Origin: Chrysomallon squamiferum
Lineage: Eukaryota; Animalia; Mollusca
Direction of reading: 5' to 3'
NCBI GenBank assembly: GCA_012295275.1
Contig: CM022679.1
Span: 19,778,001 to 19,842,000, forward strand
DNA: 64,000 bases
The notes beneath the pieces were generated by a model that searched no databases, was not told the origin of the DNA, and saw only the letters and a list, made by a program, of their open reading frames with translations. Shown here piece by piece: positions 29,165 through 40,800 of this stretch; the first letter of the stretch is position 1; the number at the start of each line of letters is the position of its first letter. A program made the position numbers and the translations under genes.

Positions 29165-31761
29165 TAGTAATAATAATTGTAATAGTAAATGTAACAACAA
29201 CAATAATAAGTTTCAATACCAATGCAAATTATTTGTATCATCCAAAAAGGAATTTTTTAAAAATAAAAAATCTTCATACTTACATAACTATAAATAAAAT
29301 ATTAATATAAAATAATTTTTAAAATATAACTCTAAATATAAATTAGTAACTAACTCAATTATTATTAATTTTTTTTATGTTTTTTTTTTAAAATCAAAAA
29401 TGCAATAACATAATCAATATGTACAGATTATTGTTAATATAATACTTAATTAAAAATAAATATGATAAATTACCTTTGTATCTAAATCAGGGTCAGTAGC
29501 TGAGACAACTAAATTTTGTTGCTGATTAGAGCCAGCTACTAAAACAGGGTCAGATATATTTGCTGCTTCTGACACTTTTCCTTGGTATTCTCTCTTTTCA
29601 AAATGTGGTGGCGTGTCTTTCACATCAAGCACTTCTACTATCACCTGCATTAAACATGTGTCAGAAATCACTCACTCAAACAAACAAAACAGTGTGAGAA
29701 TAATATATCTGGGTAAAATGAAGTAGATGGAAAATTATGAAATGATAACCAGTGATTTGTTTCTGATTATGGGTAAGCATATGTTAAAGATATTGTATTG
29801 CTAACTCATCACAGTAGCCCATGAAATGTCAGAATATGATTTTCTCTTTTTTACTATTATTGAATTGGAATGGTAATTAATATTTGCTGAGAAGATAATC
29901 CTTTATTACATGACAGTACAGTTTTAGAATTTATAAGTAAATACCTGAGCTTGGGCTGTTTGATTTTCACTCTGGGCTTCAACAAGTAGTGTGTAATGGT
30001 TGACTGTTTCTCGATCCAGAGACTTGGCTGTTAATATTTTACCCTGAAATTAGGTTTGATTTAATTTTACTGTTGTATTCTGAAAATATACTATTTAATT
30101 GATTTCATTATGGTTTTGTTTTAGTTTATGGTATTTTATTTTTATTATATCTGTAAATATAATACTTTAATTTAATTTTGTTAATGTGCTATATTTTAAA
30201 ATAATTCAATAATTAAGCTCTGAAAATATGTAACTTTAAGATATATTTTTACATTTTTTATAAACATACTACTAATAATTTTATTATGATAGAATGAAAA
30301 AAATAATATTTTAATTCAAAATTTTAGAAATTAATTTCTATATGAAACACAGTTTCATATTCACCTGATTTGGTTTAATACTGAATGTTTCATTGCCATT
30401 TCCACGTTGTATGACATATGTGATACCAGAATCTCCAGATGTTGTGTTAAGATCTACCAGAACAAAACCAACAGGGGCATCTTCCTTCACACTGGCTGTA
30501 ATGAAAGCTGGACAGAATGAAAAGAGTGAATTGTCACTTCTCACATCTATTGTCAGATTGGCCAGAGAGCACAGGTCTGTGTAATTAACATTGCATGCTT
30601 TCAGTTTCAGATGATATTTCTTCTCCTCTGTGAGAGACACTTTAGTCTGCAGAATGCCAGTTGTTTTGTCGATAGAGAAAACATCCAAGTAATTAAGCAG
30701 TTGATAGAGAACTGCCCCGTCACTGCTGGAAGCAAATGTGACATCACTGGAGAAAGCAGTGATGTGCGACATCTTACATGATGCCGATGTCTTCACAAGT
30801 ACAACAGGAAGTGCTGAAGGCCACACAGGAGCTTCAGGAACATTTTCCACATTAATAGTAACAGTAGTTGTTGTAGTCTTAGCTATGTATGACGAGTCTT
30901 TAGCGATAACAGTCAGGGTATATGTTGGTCCATGACGTCCTTCATAATCCAGTTGTTTAACCACAGAAATACTACCTGAGTGAGAATCTAGATCAAACAC
31001 TGTATCTTCATCACCTTCAGTAAGTGCATACTGAACTAACCCTGAAGAACCCCTGTCTGAGTCATTAGCATATATTTCACCAATCACTGTGTGAAGGCTA
31101 ATGTTCTCTGCAACACTAAAAGTGTATGGAGTATTCCAGAACACTGGAGCATTGTTGCTGTCTTCTATACTAACTGTGAGTTTTCCTTCATTAAAGTTTG
31201 GTGGGATGCCATGGTCACTAACATGCACTGAGATGTTGTACTCACTCTTCTCTCTTCTGTCGAAGTAATCAACAACTCTTATACTACCATTTCTGGCACT
31301 GATCTCAAACTTGCCTTCTGTGTCTGTTAACCAGAATGTAAACCCTTTATTTGTTGCATCTTTGTCAGTTACATTCACAACAAAAATTACCTTTCCAATT
31401 TCTACATTTTCAGGAATACTGATATGAGACATTTTAAGATAAAAAATAGGAATATTGTCATTAACATCTACAAGTGTTATGTTAACATCAGCAAAACTGT
31501 AACTGTTGCCATCTGTGACAGAAACTTTTCCTGTAAGAATGGAGTTTGGACCATCAGCATCTAAAGTGCCAGCTGTTGTTAATATTCCTGTTGAGGTTAA
31601 ATACAGACCTGGTATGTCAGTAAGCAGTGTGTACACTAATTTATCTGCTGGTGTGTCTTCATCTTTAGCAGTCACCTGAATTATAAATTATTAAAAATTA
31701 TTAAAGTGGAAAAAATAATTGTGAGATGAAAAGTAATTATGGATGTACAATAATTTAAACA

Positions 31762-31835
<74 letters not shown>

Positions 31836-34800
31836 TAAATATTAAGATAGGAAATAGTCAAATTAAAACAGAAGAAATCAGAGTACCAACATGATTAGAA
31901 ATAAGAAAGAGACAAGAAAGTGACAAAAAGAAATTTAAGATACATATTTACAGTTACAAATATATCTTATTGTAAGATCAAAAGGATAACTGCATCACAT
32001 TGTTTTAAATTACATCACAGTTATAATAACTAGTTGTAGACATTTGTTTAGAAAATTATAAGAAATACTCTACCTGAAGGATAATTGTTCCATTTGCTAC
32101 ATTTTCCAATACATGTGCTGTGAAGATTGGTCTTACAAATGTTGGACTTTGGTCATTGATGTCATCCAAGGTAATTTTAACAAACGTGAAATTCATTCTT
32201 GGAGGACTGCCTCCTGCAGATAAAGTTCAAATATTAAATACACTGAAAAAGTAATCTGCATTCTTTGAGTATCATGATGATAAAATTGAAGAAAAATTGT
32301 TTAAGAAAGCAGCCATTGCCTCTTTTGGGCTAAGAATGAGAGTGAGCAGAGACAGAACAGATAAATGATTGTTAGATATTTTTACTTCTAATGTAACCTA
32401 AAAAATATAATAGCTTTATGATCTCTGAGTAACTGCAATGACATTTCATTTAATGGTAAAAATAGCATGAAAATTAATTATGTTCAGATAATTATTATAA
32501 AAATATATATTCTATTAATATTACCTGAAGATGTAAAAAATAAGTAATTCCCAAAAATGAATAGCCATCTACAAAATTATGATAAAATATACTGAACCAA
32601 GTTATTTCAGTAACGTGAAGAGAAAACCAAATGGAAACCTACCATCATAAGCCTTGACCAGCAGATCATACTGACTTCGTTGATCATAATCCAGACAGTG
32701 AGAGCAAGCAACAGTTATAATCCCAGTGTCAGAAATGTCAAAAGCATCATCCACATTTCCACCAACAATTTTGTAAGTTACATGTCCTTCTGCACCACAG
32801 TCCATATCTTCAGCAGAAATCTGATCAAATAAATACTTGATACTGTAACTCTTTGAAAGTTAGAATTGTACTGAATTCTTTACGTAGACTTGCATATTAA
32901 AATACCTATGCATTTATATGATTTGTCCACTTGCTCATATCCATATATGAATATGATTTAATGTATGACATTCATCTTACCTGCAGAACAAGATCTCCTT
33001 TGGTGACATTCTCCAGCAGGACTTGTTCAAACATTCCAGTGAAGAAAGGTGAGAACTGATTGACGCTAGAAGAAGTGATGACAATGAAAGTTTGGTTAAA
33101 GTTGACAGAGTCATTGACTTGTAGACCAATGTAATAACTCTCCTCACATCCCAAGTCTTCCTTTGTAGTGAGCAGTCCACTGTCAGCAATCTGGAATTCT
33201 ACAAAACAGTTGATAATACATGTATTTAAATCTGTCTTTTTATTTATAGAACAGTTTTAAGTAATAATCTTCAGGCCATTAATTCACTGCTTCAGAGATG
33301 ATGATAATAATAACAAGAAAAAGAACAAAAAAGAACAAAAAGAAAAAGAACAGTAAGGACAACAATAACTATTATAATAATAATGGTGATAATAATATTA
33401 TTGATAATTATATAGTCCTGATGATGATAATATTATTTACAGATATTCATGAAGATTATATATATATATATAACCTGTCCTGAGTAACATTCTAAGAGTT
33501 ACTCAGATTATACTGTGTGCAGAAGACAAATGTTTCACAAACCAGCAGTGTGATTGGTCAGTGAAAAGTATAACTGGTCTCCATCAGCATCTGCTGCCTC
33601 CACCAGCCCCACCAAACCTTCTTTCTCTATGTTCTGTGCTATTGTAAAATTGTATGGTGATCCAATAAAATAGGGTGTATTATCATTTTCATTCTTTACT
33701 TTTATAATCACTGTGCAGTTCCTGAAAGATAAAGTTAAGAACAAATATAGATTTTAAATAGGTAATAATTTTGTTGTTGTTTTAAATTTCTTATTATCTT
33801 TTTATTTACTGGTAACATATTTTTAAATTTTTAAATGTAAGACACAACTAACAAATATGTGTATACACAGACACGTACAAATGTATACCCTACCTGCTTT
33901 GTTTTGGTGATCCCTGATCAGAAGCCATGATGTTGATCACATATTCTTTCTGAGACTCATAATCAGTTCCTGATGTCACTGTGAGATCTCCACTAATAGC
34001 ATTGATTGTAAATGGCTGCAAGGAAAGCATAAACAGAAAAATAAGTAAGATAGTTATACAAGTGTTTGGCCATCCTAACAATAAAGATTTAGAAAATAAA
34101 TGCACCTTTTAGTTACATTTGTTTAAAATCCTTTACTTCAAATTTTATATTGTCTTAAAGTTAGAATGGTAAAAGAAGGTAAAAGAAGAAGAAAAAACCC
34201 AAGAAAATATATATATTTTCCTTTTTCTTTACATATAGGGAAACAAGGTAAAATTTAAAAAAAAATTAATATTTGAAGATTTGAAAGATAACTGTCAAGT
34301 TCTGCTTTTAGATCACTTACAACATTTTGATGGATTATACTGTATGTGATGTTTCCATTGTTAGCTGAGTCAATATCTGCTGCATGTATTTCACATCCCA
34401 CTGATTGGCCAGGCTTAGTACTTTCTGATACTTCACATACATAGCTCTCTGTTATAAAAAACAATATACAAATATACATAGCTCTCTGTTATAAAAAACA
34501 ATATACAAATATACATACCTCTCTGTTATAAAACAAATATACAAATATACATAGCTCTCTGTTATAAAACACAATATACAAATATACATAGCTCTCTGTT
34601 ATAAAACACAAAATACAAATATACATACCTCTCTGTTATAAAACACAATATACAAATATAGATAGCTCTCTGTTATAAAACACAACATACAAATATACAT
34701 AGCTCTCTGTTATAAAACACAACATACAAATATACATAGCTCTCTGTTATAAAACACAACATACAAATATACATAGCTCTCTGTTTTAAAACACAACATA

Positions 34801-37800
34801 CAAATATACATAGCTCTCTGTTATAAAACACAACATACAAATATACATAGCTCTCTGTTATAAAAACAATATATAAATATACATAGCTCTCTGTTATAAA
34901 ACACAATATACAAATATACATAGCTCTCTGTTATAAAAAACAATATACAAATATACATAGCTCTCTGTTATAAAAAACAATATACAAATATACATAGCTC
35001 TCTGTTATAAAAAACAATATATAAATAAACACAGGTCTCTGTTTAACAAACAACATACAAATATACATAGCTCTCTGTTATAAAACACAATATATAAATA
35101 TACATAGCTCTCTGTTATAAAAACAATATATAAATATACATAGCTCTCTGTTATAAAACACAATATACAAATATACATAGCTCTCTGTTATAAAAACAAT
35201 ATATAAATATACATAGCTCTCTGTTATAAAAAACAATATACAAATATACATAGCTCTCTGTTATAAAACACAACATACAAATATACATACCTCTCTGTTA
35301 TAAAACACAACATACAAATATACATAGCTCTCTATTATAAAAACACAATATACAAATATACATAGCTCTCTGTTATAAAAACAATATATAAATATACATA
35401 GCTCTCTGTTATAAAAACAATATACAAATATACATAGCTCTCTGTTATAAAACACAATATACAAATATACATAGCTCTCTGTTATAAAAACAATATATAA
35501 ATATACATAGCTCTCTGTTATAAAAAACAGTATACAAATATACTTTCTGATTCTTCACATACATAGCTTTCTGTAATTAAAAAAACAATATACAAATATA
35601 CTTTCTAATTCACATTACATGTACATAATAACAGATGTATAAAAGTTTCACTAGATTCTGTGTATATCTAAGTTATTTTTGAAACTATATATGCTAGTTT
35701 AATTATACAATGATTTATCTTCTAATAATAAGCAGCTAAAATCACATATAGTGATGATATAAAGTGTGTGTACCTTTGTCAAATGTTGGAGCATTATCAT
35801 TGATATCTGTGATGTTGACAACAACTTCCACAACATCGTTTTTTCCTTCATCAGACAAATCAGTCGCTTTTACCTTGAACATAAATTAACGTTTAATAAT
35901 AAAATAATATAGAATAGTAATAATAATAATAATAACAATCATCATCATCGTCATTATAATGAAGATTATTATAACATTATATTGATTACTGATGATAGTT
36001 ATGTAAAAATACTCTTAACAGAACATTTGAAGGTTATATAATACAAAATGTGAACAAAAATTACCTTTAGAGTGAATGATCTGTCATTTACTGGTGGGTC
36101 GTAGTCAAGTTGTCTGTGGGTAAAGAGCCCACCTGAGATGGGATTGAGGTAGAAAGTGTTATTGTCATTACCTCCAAGTGATGTCATACAGAACTGTTGC
36201 CTCTGTGTCTTTATCTATAGCTGTTAAACTGAAATAAAAAATATAAAGAAATAAAAATACAGTGGCACCTCGAGTTACGAATGCTCCAACTTACAAGTTT
36301 TTTGATTTATGAGCAGCCAGCTGGTCAATTTTTTGCTTTGAGTTGCAACCCAAAATATGAATTATGAGTGAGCTTCAGATACACCACCACTAGCTGGTGC
36401 AATAAACAACCCAACATCCTGCATCTCACTCATTTGCTTCATGTGGTTACCTCGCCATGGAAGCATCTCTGTTGTGTGGTTCTCATGTTTTGTGCAGTAT
36501 TTTGCCAAATTTCCATGGCACAAGCAAGTGAGTGCAAAGGACAATGCTGTGAAGAAGCAGATGATGTCCATTGAATTAAAGCATGAAATCATAGAAAAAC
36601 ATCAGTGAGGTGTGTGTGTAGTGAACAAAGCTAGGCAGTACGAGTGTAGTACTTTTATGAGATGTACCATTATGAAGCAGAAGGAGTCGATAAAGGCTGT
36701 AACTTCAGCCAAAGGCATTAAAATAATTTCTAAGCTGTGGACCTCTGTCCATGAAAAGATGGAGAAACCCTAACATTTCAAAACCAATTTATTTATTTTT
36801 ATTCTTTTTTATTTTGTTTTTATACAATATTTGTCATTTATACATACATTTTTCTTATTTAATAACATGTTACAAAAAATTAGGGTGATTTTGGGGGGCT
36901 GGCCCAGATTAATGGTATTTCAGTTAATTTCATTTGAGAAAATTGATCTGATATATGAGCAAATTGAGTTATGAGCTTGGTCAAAGAAAGAATTAAACTC
37001 ATAAGTCAAGGTATCACTGTATTATCACATCTTGTGATAAAAATATTATTACATCTTGTGGACCTTTACACTACAACATCAGTAACTGACACCTCTAATA
37101 TACAAACTGATCATTTCAAAATGTGTTGAGCTTCAATAAACAAACTTTCATTTATTCATTGTTTGTAAGTAGGTATTATATGTATGTCTGTGCATGCATG
37201 TCTGTATATGTGTGTGTGTGTGTGTATGTTACAAATGTGTGCATGTCTGTTTGTCTTTGTTACTAAGTATGTGTCATCATATACAAAATGTGTTTCTGGG
37301 TATGTGTGTGTGTAATTTAGTGGGTGTGTCTGTTAGTAATTTATGTGTGTGTATGTATGTGTTTCTATGTGAGAAAGTAATTTTCATTGTAAATATAAAA
37401 ATGTATGTGTTAAACCTATTTTATACTAACATTTTATGTATGTGGTAATTTGTAATATAAAAGAAAAGCAAAGTTCTTACAACAAAATAGGTTTTTCATA
37501 TGAATAATGTCCCTCGGGAACAGACGCTGAATACAGGGATGAATTGAAGACTGGAGGATTGTTGTTGACATCCTATAAAAAACATACATACATGTAAGCT
37601 ATAAGAATTACAAACAGTTCAGTAGTGTTTTAAAATATGAATATGCATAATTAAACAAACAAAAAGCCTAATAATATGAAAACTAAAAAACAATATAAGA
37701 TAAGCTATACCAGTGGTTATTACCAGAGAGACAAATATATATAAGTAAACCATTGTTTTTCACATAAATTTCAACTTTGTTTACATATTTATACATTTAT

Positions 37801-40800
37801 TTTTATTTTCATCATTGTTTTCTATTATCTATTTTTTTAAATTTTATATTTGATATAATCAGAATATATATATTTAAAAAACAGATAATAAATGAATAAA
37901 TATATAAATGTCTGAAATTTATGTGAGAAACAATGGTTTACTTACTGTGACATCTATAAGGATATTTAATGTTGCATTCTGGCACTTGCAGTTTCTGGCA
38001 TATGGTTCTGTGTTGTATCCAGTGACAGTCACATTAAATGTCCCAAACTTCAAAGTTGTGTTTGATGTAACATGACCTGTGTTTGAAACTGAAAATACAG
38101 GATGGCCATCTTTCTTGAAGTACTGGATCTCTTTATTTTTGCCAGTGTCTGAATCGTAAGCCTGAAATGACATACTGATAGCTTAACTGATGACACTTTG
38201 AACATAAAACCTCTTCAGACAAAAACAAAAATTTAATTAAAATTTGAAAGTCAGAATTAATTTAACAAAAAGCATCAAAGCTTTTTTTGTTTGTTTTTCA
38301 ATAAGCATTTTAAAAATGCTATACAGATTCATTTGCTCCTGAAGCTGTAGCCACAACCACTTTTACTACTGTTATTAGAGTTACTGCTATTACTATAACT
38401 GCTACTACCACAATTACTATTACTACTACTACAACTGCTACTATTATTGCTACTGTCACCACTACCACTGTTACAATAACCTCTACTATTATTAATACTA
38501 TTAGCACCACTGCTAGTACTACCATCTCACCATTACTACTACTACAACTATTGCTACTACTCTGTCAACAGACCTATTCTAATATTGTTGTTATTTCAAT
38601 TTCTACTACTATCTCCACTGCTACTATTCTTGTATCACTAGAAAAAGTTTTATGCCACCACAACTACTATTTCTGCAATCCAGTTTCCACCATAACTGCA
38701 ACCTCTCTACTACCATTACCACCCCCATTGTTGTGATTATTTACTTACCTGTGCTGTAAATGACAGATATGACCCTTCTTTATACTTGAGTTTGACAACA
38801 GGTGGATCAAACACTGGACCATTATCATTGATGTCTTCAACATTAATTTGGACTTGAGTCACAGAGCTAAGTGATGGCTGACCAGCATCAGACGCAGTCA
38901 CAAGAAAGCTGTACGAAGTCCTGGTCTCCCTATCTAGCTGCTCTTTGGTTGTTATAATCCCAGTAGATGAATTCACTTCAAAAGGAAATCTAAATTTATA
39001 AAACAACAAAACAACAACACATATATGAATAATGATCACATAAAATTGCAAAGCAAATATTTCTAAAAGATATAATAATCTTTCCATTTATAATTTTCTT
39101 TCAGTTAATATTTTATTTTCTCTTTCTTTTTATTCATCATTTTTGTGTCATTAGATTTTTCTTTTCTTTCAAGATAATTGCTGGGTTTCTCATGAGAAAA
39201 CAATAATAAAATAAATAAATAATGAAAATTCTATTAATAATTATAAAAACATATAAAAATATTCAAGCATAATTTTTTTTTATACAAATAAATAACAGGT
39301 ATCTAAAATGTGGGTGGGATTAGAGGTGAATCATGTATATGAATAATATGTAAATAAAATATTGTAAATATTATAGTAAAGCAAACATTAAACTATTTAT
39401 AATATTAGACTAATAATAAATATATAAATGAGAAAACAGATATTTAAAGGTGTGCTTAACATACCCTGATGTCCAGTATTTGAGTTTGCTGTTTAAACCT
39501 TCATCTGGATCATTTGCCTGAAATAAATTGCCCGGGTACAAAATGAAGACCTATTACTGAAAATATTTATCATGAAATCTGTATTATACATTTTATGGCT
39601 GCCATGATATGAAACCTGAAATTTTAATTTAAACCTTCACTGTTGTTATGATAGTTGGAATTAAATCTTAATATTGATATCATTCTGTTAATGTGACATA
39701 AAATGATGATTGAAATCCTTCTAAAATCCTTAAATTAAAGTAACTTATAAAATACTTGCAATTATTTGACCAATGGTTATTGGTACTTCCTCTTCTTCTG
39801 TCACATTGAAAATAAATGATTTTTGTGTAAACTGTGGTGCATTGTCATTCAAATCTGTTACCTGCACTGCAACAACAGCACTTGTAGCCTACAGAAAATT
39901 TAATTTTTATTGCTAACTATAGTAATTTTTCATTCATTATAAATTAAATTTTAAAATTTGCATGCAAACAATATCTTCTCTTTTTTTTCATAAGTAAACT
40001 GTCAACCAAAACAATGTCAGTAGTGAGTTCTTAAATCTTAAATACTAATGCAATATTCTTCTACAAAATGTGATTTATAACAGTGTTGGAAAATGCTAAT
40101 TTGCATTTATGCAATACTTTATGATAATATTATTTGCATCAAAAGCAAATTTTGTAGAAAATAAGTGTCTACAAAAATAAAATTTAATAAAATATCAATT
40201 GCAGTAAGAATTAAGGCATAAAATATCAGAATTAATATTACACCAGCTAATCTGCTTATATCAAAGCAATACTGTAATAGTCAGCTGGAATGAAAAATAA
40301 TAAATACCGAATTACAGTATATTTAATAAAATGACAGAGTGTTTCCAGAAAGCCAATTAATCATACAGAAATATTTTACCAATTCTCCATCAGATGCCTG
40401 CACTGTTAGTATGTAAGATGAAACTGTTTCCCGGTCCAGTGCTCCCCTCAGTGTTAGTAAACCACTAAAACAAAAATTAGGTTTAGTTTAAAAGCAAATG
40501 TGTGTGTATTCCATATATTTAACTGAAATCCTATTCTGGTGTTGAATACTAATGTTTAATTTTTCAGGGAATCTATGAAAACTCTTGAAAAAGACTATTT
40601 TTGAACCCTAACATAAACCTACTTTTCTATCATCAGTGGAACTACTAAATCTCTTTTCTCAGTATGGAATTCATTACACAAGGGTTGTACACACACTGAC
40701 TTACACCTGGGTTAAATAAAAAAAAATATATAGATATTATAATTTTTAAAGAATTGATAAAATACTAAAATATAATTTTGAAGCTATTTTCTTCTTTGGG

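Noticed and set aside
34437-35540. CRISPR-like 37-bp periodic array
   Set aside because: No unique spacers, eukaryotic intron, no cas genes; head-to-tail minisatellite.
36160-36190. A-to-I RNA editing as the repair for the premature stops
   Set aside because: Editing cannot remove an inserted base; the downstream frame would remain shifted.
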